NCBI GenBank assembly: GCA_000934665.2
Contig: KZ539016.1
Coordinates: forward strand, 1 to 36,806
From: Catajapyx aquilonaris
Taxonomy: Eukaryota
DNA length: 36,806 nt
Reading direction: 5' to 3'
A program made the position numbers and the translations under genes. Below the pieces are notes generated by a model. That model was not told the DNA's origin, did not search any database, and saw only the letters and a list, made by a program, of their open reading frames with translations. Shown piece after piece: positions 22,301 through 33,742 of the stretch; positions within the stretch are counted from its first letter, which is position 1, and each line of letters opens with the position of its first letter.

Positions 22301-22689
22301 CAGTAGAACCCCGATTATCCGACCTTAGAATATCCAATACTTCTGCTCCAGTATACAGAACAGCAACCTACTTCAACACGTATGGACATTTTGTGGCTGA
22401 AGAAATGCAGAGAAGCAGTCATTAAAACAGAAACACAGTATAAGATACGTAGTATGTATTTTGTTTTGTGTTGCCTTAGTTAAATTATTGTAAATACAGT
22501 ATAGTTGACTCTGTATGTCAAAGATAAACACATCACTATTTCTTGGAAAACCAGTATAGTATTTCATGCTTTGACATGTTTTTCGTTGTGTTTCATTCAA
22601 GTTTTTTTTTGCTCCTTACATAATCCAACCTTTTTGTGTTCTGACCATGTCCCCAGTCCCATGGGTGATGAATAATCAGGATTCTACTG
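22301..22689. mobile_element. Tigger-like MITE
   Basis: CAGTAGAACCCCGATTAT...ATAATCAGGATTCTACTG|TA. Confidence 0.75.
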
Positions 22690-22899
22690 TAACAGCAGTA
22701 CACTGCACATTTATCCAGCATGGGTGGCGCAGATGAGGATGGATTACTGCACCCATGCCACAAGGACAAGCCCAAGTCCATATTCTGCAGGATTAGAAGC
22801 CACATATCACATACCGGTCAGCCCATGATGAGTGATACAGTATTTGTGCTATTGTTGCCACTGTTTACAGAGTGAGTAACTCAGATGACCTGGGACAGG

Positions 22900-23368
22900 T
22901 CTGTCTGCTTACACTACATAGCAGTGCATTGCATTGGGATAAGCAGGGTGAAGGGAGATTATTTTGAGAAAGTGCTTTTTTTCATCCCATCCATCGCTTC
23001 CTATGATGACTCAGGATGGAGTTACAAAAAGGTCGGGAAGGACTCCAGTATGCTCGTCTGCCAATTTAATACAAGGCCCACATTGTATGTCATCCACTCC
23101 CAATCAAGGTCGGAGTAGTTTAGGGGTTTTCGTAGGTAAAGCTACTAAGGCACACCAGTAGAAGGTGATTCCTCATCTGAGGGTGCATGCCCAACCCGAT
23201 GGTCAATTCCCAAGATGTGGACAGAGCTGTTTCCTGGACAAGATGAATGGTAAGCATGTCCTTCTTGGGATAGAGTGCCTGCACTGAAGAAAGCATGGAA
23301 TCCTCCAGCACATGCACATACTCCGCAAGTTCACAATATGAAGCGGACCAATCAGAGGGCTCGGCCAA
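22900..23368 (-). pseudogene. Frameshifted Tc1-like transposase catalytic-domain remnant
   Basis: EYVHVLEDSMLSSVQALYP...IHLVQ followed by a frameshifted NSSVH resembles the Tc1 motif Y..IL...L.P...QDN...H. Confidence 0.5.
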
Positions 23369-23504
23369 CTCGCAAGGATTTTAATATTATAGATAACAGG
23401 AAGTGCATGTTTATTTTGAATTAGCGATCATTTTAGGCATTGTTCAAAGAATGATTGTATATAGTCAATACACTGACAAGTATTATATAAAAATTAATTA
23501 TAAT

Positions 23505-23583
23505 TAAAATATGGCGTGGGGTCCGAAAAGACCCCACGGCACGGTTCCCATAACTTTCAGGTATGGCACGGTTCCAGGGTTAA
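23505..23583. mobile_element. Possible piggyBac-like single end
   Basis: Hairpin CGTGGGGTC...GACCCCACG, a duplicated GGCACGGTTCC, and a GGG|TTAA terminus. No partner end seen. Confidence 0.45.
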
Positions 23584-24002
23584 GACATGTAATTAATATA
23601 GTATAATCTGTATCATCTATCATTCATAAGCCCAAATAGTTCAAGTGAAATGGCAAAAACTTCCCTGTACAAAGGAAAAGGCACAAAATGTATGGGCGAG
23701 TGGCTTTCCGTTCGATTTGCATGATAATTGGATATGTTGTAGCCCAGACCATCCTGATCAATGTTAGATAGGGATATTTCGAGGTAGGACCTACAGGGAG
23801 CATGCTATTGACCTCCGAAGGTCATATGGGATATGATCTGGTTTTCCGTTCGATTTGCCTGAAAATTGGATATCGCTGCTGGCAATCCAATACCTCGCAT
23901 CTCGCACTTTGGCCGACTTCCAGTTTTCCATGGTTTTGCAGTAGTCAATACAAGCCCCATCTGTTCATCAGTTCAGTCAAGGAAATGTAATTCTTAAGAG
24001 CT

Positions 24003-24268
24003 AACCGAAGCAGTGTGGAGTAAGGGATATGGTGTCCAACTGCTAATCGGGAGGTCCTGGGATCAAATCCCAGGGCCGGCAACTCTGACCGTGGTTTTCT
24101 GTGGTTTCCCACGGTCCGGAGTTGTTACCGTAATTAATAGGCCACAGCCGCTTCCTTCCGTCCCTATCCTATCCCAAAAAGCGCAGTAAAATGAAAGCAA
24201 AGAGTTCCAGGCAAAACAAAAACTTGCCCCCTAAAGAGCTGATAGGCTGATAACGGGGTATGAATTAT
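24003..24268 (+). mobile_element. tRNA-derived SINE, family D
   Basis: B-box-like GGATCAAATCCC; perfect 15-bp TSD TAATTCTTAAGAGCT (23988-24002 and 24269-24283). Confidence 0.9.
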
Positions 24269-24640
24269 TAATTCTTAAGAGCTGTAAGGCTGGGGAAAAA
24301 ATTAGGGATTTTCTGTTGTGTGCCAGTACTTTAAGAAATAGTTATTTCCTTCTCCTGCAAAGTTGGGTTCTTCGTAGATACGAGGTATTGGATTGCCAGC
24401 GACGATATGTTGCAGCCCAGACCATCCTGATCAATGTTGGATAGGGACATTTCCAGGTAGGGCCTACAGGGAGCAGGCTAATTGCTATTCATCGAAGAGG
24501 CTAGAAGACTGCTGTGAGAGAAACCTCGCTTCCTTACATTGACCCAATGAATGTTGAAGTGCAGCTGGAGGAAACTCCAGATGACAACCTTCAAGGAGTA
24601 GAATTTGAACCAGATGAATAGGTAATAAAGATTAATAGAT

Positions 24641-24990
24641 TTATTTTATTTTTTTATTTTTTTTCATTACCCCACGGGGGGAGCTATCTACTCCTTGGGG
24701 GGGTGGATTACCACCATTGGGATTTATTTGGAGCGTATTAAGATGGATCTTATTAGTTTACTCCAAGGGTAGGTGGGAGGGGATGTGCAAAGTGCAAGTG
24801 CAATGTCTCCAACGGTCATTTTGTGAACTCCCCCGGGTGGCTTAGTCTAGCAGAAATTGCCACCTGTAATGAGGTCAGAGATGGCCCAACTCTGCACGGA
24901 TAAAGGTGGGAACCCCGGGTGGGGATTGAACCCGGGACCTTCCTATCCGTGGGCGCACGCGTTACCACGACGCCACTTCATCTCCCCAAA
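24641..24990 (-). mobile_element. tRNA-derived SINE, family A
   Basis: Reverse-complement homolog of 1878-2221 with an A-rich tail and TSD TAATAGAT. Confidence 0.9.
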
Positions 24991-25297
24991 TAATAGATAA
25001 TTAAATGCAATAACCATTGAGTTCCTGGAGACAAGATTATTGTAGTCTGCTACTCCCCCTATTACCTTCGGAGGTCATTAGGAGGCTCCCTGTAGCTCCC
25101 ACCTTAAAATGTCCCTATACAACATTGATCAGGACGGTCTGGGCTGCAACATATCCAATTTTCAGGCAAATCAAACAGAAGGCCACTCGCCCATAAATTT
25201 TGTGCCTTGTCCTTTCAGTAACTAATTAGATTTGTCATTTCTGAGCCTCCCCTCCCCACCACCTGCACCATATATTAAGTTCATCTCATCGCCTTAC

Positions 25298-25480
25298 CCT
25301 GGAGTGTATGCCTCTGGCCTCCAATCATGTAGTGGTAGAGCGTGTCAGCCAGGGCCAAGTCTGCCAATCCTGTGTTCTTCCCTCCACTGGCCAACACAAC
25401 CAGTCCTAAGGAAAGCCCAGCAGAGAGAGAATAAGACTCTCTGTCTACACTGTTCTCCATTTCAGGGCCTGGTGGACGAC
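25298..25480 (-). CDS. ANAPC1: ANAPC1 exon
   Basis: tag|(G)RPPGPEMENSVDRESYSLSAGLSLGLVVL...LYHYMIGG...LQ|gtaagg. Confidence 0.97.
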
Positions 25481-25634
25481 CTACAAACAAATTTTGAAAT
25501 GTAGCAAGTCCCAGATTATGCCAACCATAGTTGTCAACAACAGGAAGTTAGCAGTGAATCAGTAATATAATGAGGAAGTGGTATTAGTGAACAAAATCCA
25601 ATTGCAGGTATGAAAACCTATGCACCATTCTCAC

Positions 25635-25814
25635 CAATTTCTCTGAGAAGGACTTCAGCCATATGTCTGTTAGCAGTACCCTGGTACAACAGACCAACCC
25701 CAAGCAGTGCTGCCACCTGCACATTGTGAGAAACATCCAACTCAGCAGAGGTTGGAGGCAGGAGGGCCTCAAGATGGACACTCATCATCTTGGTAGTGTG
25801 AACATCCATTGTTC
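25635..25814 (-). CDS. ANAPC1: ANAPC1 exon
   Basis: cag|(G)TMDVHTTKMMSVHLEALLPPTSAELDV...GLLYQGTANRHMAEVLLREI|gtgaga. Confidence 0.97.
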
Positions 25815-25859
25815 CTGAGAAACAATAGTGTGTATTAGGAAAACACATGCTTGGTAGTA

Positions 25860-27245
25860 CAGGGTGTCCCACTACTTATTTTACCAGACATTTTAAAAAT
25901 AACATTAACACAAATGAAGATATACCAATGAAATGGCATCACAAGATGTTCCGGAAATGACCACAATTTGCGTCCAGGTGGCCCTGAATACGATGCTCCA
26001 TATTTTGGAAGGTCCTGGGCAGCATGTACTGAGTCATGTCCTGAATTTCTTGGATGATGGTTTCTTTCAAGGCGTTGATGGGTCGTGGTTTGATTTGGTA
26101 CACACGCCCTTTCAGATAGCCCCATAAGTAGTAATCAGGAAGCATAAGATTGGGCGTACAAAGTGGCCAAAGTCTCTTCGAAATGAATCGGTCACCGAAA
26201 AAGGCCTGAATTTCAGCCAAGCGGACGTGTGATGTGTGGCATGTGTACCAAAACCGAGGGGTAAGTCACTCTGGCGGGCCATCGTACACTCTGATTAGTG
26301 GGCCACGGCGGAGGCGGGCCAGTGACGGGCCACGGCGGGCCGCAACGCGCGCTCGACAGATGGCGCCGAGGCTCGCCGAGAATGGCGCAAGCGCGGGCCC
26401 AAGGTTCCAGAATGCGCCACAGAATCGGACAGAATGTTCCAGAAGCGTTCGGAGGGTTCGGAGCCATCCGGAGTATCCGGAGTATCCGGAGCCATCCTCG
26501 GAGATCGGCTATCTCACACTCGATCTTACAGCGATCTTACATCAAGAATAAACGAGAATAAATCGGAATAAATCGAGGAATAAATGACGAACCCGAACCG
26601 AGGTATATCCGGGTATATCCGGGTATATCATATGCGATCATGTGTGTACGTATGTGTACCGATGTACCGATGTGTACGCTGTACGTAAGTACGTAAGAAG
26701 CGAGGTACGAAGTGTACGGAAGTGTATCATATGCGATTCGATGCGATCATATCGGATCATATGCTTGATCCGGCTCGATCATTTCTCGCATTTCTCGGAC
26801 ATTATTTTGTTCAATCTGAAACACTTCATGTCGTATTTGTACGTATTTGTACGTATTTGTAGTACTTTTGGTGGGCCAAGGCGGGTCAAGGTGGGCCAAG
26901 GCGGGCCAAGGCGGGCCGCAATTCTGGAGGGCCATCGTACACTCGAGTGATGAGTGACTTACCCCTCGACCAAAACAAACCACAATCCATCAAAGACTTG
27001 AAAGAAACCATTGCCCAAGAAATTCATGCAGTGCCTCAGGACATGCACGCCAGGACCTTCCAAAATATGGAGCGTCATGTTCAGGACTGTCTGGACGCAA
27101 ATGGTGGCCATTTCCAGCACATGTTGTGATGCCATTGCCTTTCTCACATAATGAGGTTAGATCACTTCACCTTTCGTTGTGATATATTCATTTGGGTTAA
27201 AGTTATTAAAGGTTTGCTGGGTAAAGTAAATAGTGGGACATCCTG
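25860..27245. mobile_element. Tc1/mariner-superfamily fold-back made of two inverted 3' ends
   Basis: TA|CAGGGTGTCCCACTA...TAGTGGGACATCCTG|TA. The left arm encodes WP..TPNL..PDYYLWGYLKGRVY...NCGHF; both arms end in a GHF-type transposase C-terminus. Confidence 0.9.
26255..26968. mobile_element. Unclassified 714-bp element with 17-bp perfect TIRs, 8-bp TSD and micro-repeat interior
   Basis: ACCAAAAC|CGAGGGGTAAGTCACTC...GAGTGACTTACCCCTCG|ACCAAAAC. Confidence 0.88.
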
Positions 27246-27257
27246 TATAAAACTTAC

Positions 27258-27420
27258 CCCTCCTGGCAGCAGCAAGTCCTAGTAGGAGTCCAATGCTTGT
27301 CATTTCATGGAACTTTACCAGGTAATTGTGCACATCAATCACAGACAAGTTTCGCAAGTGACCACTCAAGCCTAAGGCCAACAGGAAGCCTGCATGCTCT
27401 GTTGGGACTTCACTTGTCCC
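27258..27420 (-). CDS. ANAPC1: ANAPC1 exon
   Basis: cag|GTSEVPTEHAGFLLALGLSGHL...HEMTSIGLLLGLAAARR|gtaagt. Confidence 0.97.
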
Positions 27421-28496
27421 CTGAGAAGAAGGTTTGAAACATGTATGTATTTGTTATCATTTCACACTGTTGTAAGAAACTGTATTGCATGTTTCATAAG
27501 TCAGCTCATATCTATGTTGGTAAATATCTTGTCGACACTAATCCCCCCCTCCTCCCCCCAGCTCCAGTCACCTTCAATTTTGGCATTGAGTTGTACACAT
27601 CCCTGGAAAGCCCATTTAATGTGCTTTCCAAGAGTATGTGCTATTCCCTCAAAACTCGAAGGTAATGTAATAGGGGTGAGTGGCATTTTATAGGAAAGTT
27701 GGAAATGCTGATGAAGTTTGGCTGAAATAAGGAAATCAAGATCAGCAGTATTTCTTTCAGTTTTTTTTTACAAGTCTGAGAAAATAAAATGCTGAAATTG
27801 GAAATTATTTGCTGGGCTTCTGTTTGCCACTTTTTGAAAAATATTTTTTCATTTTCCTCAAGTTAGGGAAATGAAAAAGTCACACAAAAAAGGTTTGTAT
27901 CAGCAAAGTTGCTAAAATTATTTTTTAAAGCTGTTAGTAAGACATACAGGGGTTGGACAAAATAATGGGAACACCTGCAAAAAGCAGGTGAAACGTCGCA
28001 GCTATTTTATTCGAAAACAGATCAAGTTACGAAAACGACATTTACCGGATTTTGAAGCTCTGTTGCTGGACGAGGGCCTTTCAATAAAGGATGATCATGA
28101 TTTTTTAAATGATAAATTATAGGCAGTAAGGGAGATCGGGGTCGGTTGTAACACTTTTTAGTCTGGATTTTCCAATTCTGGCGAAGGTTTTTGACATGGT
28201 GGAAATTAGGCAACATTCCTCTTTGTAAAATTATCATAAAATCTAAAGATTAAAAATTGACCGATTTATAAATATTTTTCCAAGGCAAAGTAGAGTGTTA
28301 CAACCGACCTCATCAGAGGGGTGGTTGTAACCGAGGGTGGGGTCGATTGTAACACTATGTCTTTAGGGGAAAATGTATTCTAGAATAACAATTTACATCC
28401 ACTCAGCTTCTCAACAATTGTCTTATAGCCTACTTGATCCACCTAAATTACTCTTTCTCTCTCTCGATACACTGGAATTTATTTAGCGTATAAGTG

Positions 28497-29186
28497 CAGG
28501 GCCATTGAAAAAGAATGTCCCAATTTGAAAACTCTAACTCGAAAACTTGTAGACATATCTTACTGATTTAAGTTTTGAAATGCTCAGAAGTGTCTAAAGT
28601 TTTGGGCTTACCATAGTTTATTTTGATATGAGCTCCATTTGTCGCTCGAAAAATTTAAATACGTTAATCGGTGTCATGCCTAACCCACTCAGGAATGTCT
28701 GGCGTTACCGTTGCAATCTTATCCCGGATGCCGGATCTTTTCACCATACATGTGTTTCCACAAAAAAGTCAATCGGGGTAAGATCTGGACTTCTGGAGGG
28801 GATAGGCATGGCAAAACTTCTCATTAAAGACTTTGCACACTGGGAGGCTGAACAAATTAAACTTTCCTATGGCAGGTTCGCTTCTTGGATGAGGCGACTT
28901 TTTATATGAATCATCAAGAGCAATATGTGTGGTGTAAAGGACCCAAGATATCCATTACCAACGGGATAGGATTGCAACGGTAACTCCAGATAGGATTGAT
29001 AGGGTTGGGCACAATACCGATTACCATTATTTTTATCTGGCGAGCGACACATGAAGATAACAAAGAAACAAATTAAGGTGAGACCAAACCTTTAGACCTT
29101 CCTGCGCATTTCAAAACTTAAATCATTCAGATATGTCTACAAGTTTCTGAGTTTTCAAATTGGGACATTCTTTTTCGATCACCCTG
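28497..29186 (-). mobile_element. Tc1/mariner-superfamily deletion derivative (nested)
   Basis: ~110-bp TIRs GAAAAAGAATGTCCCAATTTGAAAACTC / GAGTTTTCAAATTGGGACATTCTTTTTC...CCCTG|TA. Minus-strand remnant PSRSPDLTPIDFF. Confidence 0.82.
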
Positions 29187-29406
29187 TATTACAAAAAAAT
29201 TGATTTTTTAAAATTCATATAAATTTTTGACAAACTAGTTATAAGAGGCTTTATTGCACAAAATAATTACTAATACCAATCTCAATATCCTGTGAAATAT
29301 GTAGCTGTAACATCTGTACACAGACGATCTTTCTCCTATGATTTTACCATGTTACAACTGACCCCAAGGAAACTGTTACACCGTCCCCATTGTGTGTTGT
29401 CTTGTA

Positions 29407-30328
29407 CGAGGGGTGTTATATAAGTTCGTGGTTTCGCCTAGAAGGAGAAGCAAATGCGGAAGCTAAACAGCGCCATTAAATCGAGCCACCCTTCAAAACC
29501 CCTATATCCACCCAATTGACATAGGTGTCAAAGTCCTTGGGTTCAGAAATCATTCGGATGTGAAAGGGTGCGCAGCATCTTGTGAAGACGGCGAACATCG
29601 CACATTGCGCGGTCATCCAGTACCTGGTGGCAAAGGGAATGGGTGCCAAGGACATCTTTGAGGACATGAAGGATACATTGGCTGGCGATGCACCACCCTA
29701 CAGCATGATCCAGAAGTGGACTGCCCTCTCCAAACACGGCCGAGACAGCCTAGAAGACGACCCCCGCTCCGGAAGACCCATGTGTTCCACCCCTGAAGAA
29801 AATGTGGCCAAAGTGGAGGAACTAGTGATGGGAGACCGAAGACTGACTATCAGGTACCTTGCTGAGGTGGTGGGCATCTCAACATTTTCCATCCACACCA
29901 TACTACATGACCACCTGCGCCTGTGGAAGGTGTCAGCACGATGGGTACCCCGAATGTTGTCGCCAGAACAGAAGGCGGCGCGTCGGGAGATGTCACAATC
30001 AAATTTGGACCTGCTGAATGCTGATGCAGAAGGATTTTACGCTCGTCTGGTCACACAGGAGGAAACATGGGTACCTCTACCTGTTCCCGAACATGAAGAA
30101 ACACCTGCGGGGTCGACTCCATGGGAGTGACGAAGAGGTCAAGGCAGCTGTGGAGGACGTCTTGGGGGGGTGAGATTCTTCCTTCTACCGGAGCGGTTTG
30201 GAGAAGTTGCCACGAAGATGGACAAAGTGTATTGACCGGGGCGGGGACTATGTTGAGAAATAAAATTGTTTCTTTGTCATGTCTCGCGTATGTCTACTTG
30301 AAACCACGAACTTATATAACACCCCTCG
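29407..30328 (+). mobile_element. Internally deleted mariner with perfect 29-bp TIRs
   Basis: TA|CGAGGGGTGTTATATAAGTTCGTGGTTTC...GAAACCACGAACTTATATAACACCCCTCG|TA. Confidence 0.95.
29582..30255 (+). pseudogene. Mariner transposase with the catalytic core deleted
   Basis: ORF 29582-30130 contains DDPRSGRP, VSARWVPRML and TQEETWV. An out-of-frame C-terminus follows (YLFPNMKKHLRG...WTKCID..GDYVEK). Confidence 0.9.
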
Positions 30329-31532
30329 TAGATATGGTTACTACTTTTTAACTGCACATGATTTGGTCATCCATACCATCGGTGTGACCCCACTAAAGGA
30401 ACCTTGCTCATGATAACAAGGGCAATTCAATAACACTTCTAACCCCCCATAATAATCACTCAAAAAAGTTGGGAACATATCTTGATTTTGGTTTTTTTCA
30501 TATAGAAAAACAAAAAAAAAAAAAGAAGTACCAGTATCCAAAGTTTTACCTGGCTTAGAGATCATAGTGACACACGTACTGTGTGAGCTTATGCTTCAGG
30601 GCCTTCCAAACGTATTTATTATTGGCTATGTCACAACGGTACCATGTTGCAACCGACCCTGATCTCCCTTACTATCATGATGGTGATATATTCAAGTACC
30701 CTCGTTGAAGGTGGATGTGCATGCTTATGCGCAGAAGTCTACTGTGCTCTATATGTGTGGTGGCAGCACAATCACCACCACCCCTGAAGTTGCCCACCAC
30801 GTCATGGCATCAACATGCAGAACGCTGCGCTGAAATTATGCTTTCCCTTCAAAAAGGCAGCCAGCAAGTCCTACTCCATGCTGATTTAGGAGTATAGAGA
30901 TATTCATGGAGGGTTCCGAAGCCACCTGCAAACAGGGCGCTTTGGGATCTCCTGCCATAGCCGATACATGCCTCATATGCAGGTGGTCATGCATAATTGT
31001 GTGCACACCACCAACAGATACTTGTCACAAATCGGATAAGACAGTCAAAGTTACACAGTGATCCAGTGACTGAGGCCGTGTTGATGGCCACCTCTGTCAC
31101 AGCTCTGGCAGGAGCTCCTAGAGCGCCCTGCTTGCAGGTGGATTCGGGACCCTCCTTAAAGATATCTTCTCCATATGCCTATGTTAGCATGGAGTAGGAC
31201 TCACTGGCTGTCTTCTTGAAGCAAAAGAAGAATTTCATCGTGGCGTACTGCTCCACACATGTCGATGCCATGACTCGGGAGGCGATTTCAGGGGTGGTGG
31301 TGATTGTGCTGCCACCACACCCACATGATGCGCAGTAGACTTCTGCGCATAATCATCCACATCCACCTTCAACCGGAGTACTTGAATAAATCACCGGCAT
31401 GATTCCTATGCATTCGCATTAAAAAAATAATTATCATTCTTTATTGAAAGGCCCTCATACATTTGTCGAGGTATGTAGATGACATAAAAATCACGAGAAA
31501 GGGAGAGAAAGAAAAGACATGCGACGAGACGA

Positions 31533-31653
31533 CCCCCCCCCCCCCCCCCCCCCCCCCCCCNNNNNNNNNNNNNNNNNNNNNNNNNNNNNNNNNNNNNNNN
31601 NNNNNNNNNNNNNNNNNNNNNNNNNNNNGGGGGGGAGGTGGGGGGGGGGGGGG

Positions 31654-31716
<63 letters not shown>
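31533..31716. repeat. Poly-C / assembly gap / poly-G / (GA)n microsatellite
   Basis: Seen directly; N run at 31561-31628. Confidence 0.95.
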
Positions 31717-31719
<3 letters not shown>

Positions 31720-31936
31720 GAAACGCCACCTCCCCTCCCCCCACCCCCTCCCCAGCACTGATTTAAAGAAAAGTATGAGTGTATCTTGGGTTGGACAAAA
31801 TAATGGATTTTTGAGCCGTCTGTAGACCACAAAGTGACATCCCTAGAGCTTCAAAACCCAGGAGAGGGAAGAGGTGTCGGTTCTCTTTTTTCCCCCCACC
31901 CCCTCGAGTGATTAATTAATATATACCTTACAAGGT

Positions 31937-32267
31937 GGGGGAGGTGGAGTGGTGCTGCGGTAACGTATGCGCCCACGGATGTTAGGTCCTGGGTTCGATC
32001 CCAACCCGGGGACACGCCCTTCATCTTGTGCAGAGTTCAGGGTCACCTCTGACTTCGTCTCGGGTGGTACTTCCACAGACTAAACCACCCGGGGGAGTTC
32101 ACTAAAAATGGCCATGTGTAAGACATTGCACTGCACCTTGCACATCCCCTCCTGTCATCCTGCCCGTGGGCCCGGGCGTTACATATAAAGGCTCCAATGT
32201 ACTGTACTTGACATAATAAATAAAGCTCCGTGCTGCATACCTCAGATGAGGTCAAGCACTACCCCGG

Positions 32268-32314
<47 letters not shown>
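31937..32314 (+). mobile_element. tRNA-derived SINE, family B, with a long (TTA)n tail running into a gap
   Basis: Homolog of 4582-4923; B-box GGTTCGATCCC. Confidence 0.92.
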
Positions 32315-32754
32315 NNNNNNNNNNNNNNNNNNNNNNNNNNNNNNNNNNNNNNNNNNGGGGGGGGGGTGTTTGGCATTCATCTTTTGATTCTCTCCCTCTC
32401 TCATTTTTGCGTCATTTGCATACCTCAACTAATGTACATCGACAGACCTTCAACACCCTGTACAAGTCATCTTTGCAACATTTCAGTGTTCCAATAAAAC
32501 ATGCGAAGTTTCAACTGCTTTTTGCAGGTGTTCCTGTTATTTTGTCCAACCCCTGTACATACCCAGCACCTATACAAAATGTAGATTACAAGTCCCCCTG
32601 TGTTCTACCTGCACCTGATAAGTCACATTTACTACCAACAAAGATGTGTGCTTAGGTTTCCTACTTAGGTCATGCACTTTCTCAAAACCTCTTTGTAGTG
32701 AATAATCTGCTTGTGATCTGACCATGCATCAGATGGCACTTTTTGTACTCTCAC

Positions 32755-33135
32755 CTTGGGTTTGTTGTAAGTAATCCAATTTGAGTCAATTTGTGATGCA
32801 GAGGGTGCAATCCTTAAGCCTGCAGCCACCCCATTGTGAAAGAGTGGCCAGAGACTCATGTTGGGCATGACTTCAATGTGACTGAGTTCCACTGTGGTTC
32901 CTCGAGGGGGTACTTTACCCGTCAGGCACAATTTGGGAATAGGTAATGGCTGAGTAACCAAGGGAGAGTGACTGTGCAATGTCAGCATCCCCCTTCCAAC
33001 AGCCAGAGCAGTAGTTCTGGCACAAAGGGCATACAGGTGACGTTCTTGTTCTTCTATGAACTCATGATCTGACACCTCAGGACGCTGCTGAAGAGATATA
33101 CGCACTGGTTGGGAGCTCTGAAGAAGGCGACGCAC
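32755..33135 (-). CDS. ANAPC1: ANAPC1 exon (most upstream exon found in the window)
   Basis: cag|VRRLLQSSQPVRI...SDHEFIEEQE...RTTALAVGRGM...WPLFHNGVAAGLRI...WITYNKPK|gtgaga. Confidence 0.98.
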
Positions 33136-33316
33136 CTGATATTTCCAACAAAGAAAAAAAACACAGAATTGATCTCTGGATCAAAACCTCACATCCACAG
33201 TAGGTCATTGCTCATGAGGTGAAGTACTATCAGCACAATATCATTGCGTGTGCACACACATGCACTTTCACTTACATTTCTTACGATGAATGTCAGCAAT
33301 AATACAGCAATATGCT

Positions 33317-33742
33317 TTGGAGCTGTACCGATTTCCCTTCATGTGTGTCTTCATTTTTGGATAAAGAAAGAAATCACAGGGCACAAGATCTGGGCTGTAT
33401 GTGGCGGATGAGGAAGTGCAGGGAATTTGAGTCATCGGAGGAGGTGTCGTGCATGTCGAGTTCCTGACCAGTCGCAAACCTATGAATTCTGCGGTGCATG
33501 TGGACACCTTGTGGAGGTTTTAGGCACACATGAACAGTATGCGCCCAGGAAAGGCTGTCATTGTTCACCACGATAATCCTCTACCACACACATGCAATCA
33601 CACTGCATAAGTGCAGATGCCCTCTAAAGATTAAATTTCCCCATACTTTTTCATCCGGCTTAACAGCCCAGATCTTGTGCCTTGTGATTTCTTTTTTTCT
33701 CCAAAAATGAAGACCTGAAGGGAAATCAGTACAGCTCCAATA
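33317..33742. mobile_element. Inverted pair of decayed mariner 3' fragments
   Basis: YSPDLVPCDFFLYPKMK on the minus strand (~33320-33430) and a matching plus-strand copy (~33640-33742). Confidence 0.75.

Larger units (their letters stand above)
23671..25215. mobile_element. Long-TIR element with internal TIR-like copies, hosting two SINEs
   Basis: AAAGGAAAAGGCACAAAATGTATGGGCGAGTGGC / GCCACTCGCCCATAAATTTTGTGCCTTGTCCTTT, ~150-bp arms. Partial copies at ~23840 and ~24405. Confidence 0.8.
28124..30674. mobile_element. pogo-like non-autonomous element (nested)
   Basis: AGTAAGGGAGATCGGGGTCGGTTGTAACA / TGTTGCAACCGACCCTGATCTCCCTTACT, with internal GGTTGTAAC repeats. Confidence 0.8.
27947..32555. 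mobile_element. Tc1-like fold-back element hosting a nested TE stack
   Basis: TA|CAGGGGTTGGACAAAATAATGGGAACACCTGCAAAAAGCAG...CTGCTTTTTGCAGGTGTTCCTGTTATTTTGTCCAACCCCTG|TA. Palindromic core ~30675-31405; 28070-28123 pairs with ~31405-31456. Confidence 0.82.

Noticed and set aside
26255..26968. Possible CRISPR-like repeat array
   Set aside because: Units are short, adjacent and heterogeneous, with no constant repeat-spacer period and no cas genes; the context is a eukaryotic intron.
31406..32655. Long ORFs with poly-P, ER, LS, Y or L runs
   Set aside because: Translations of microsatellites and N gaps.
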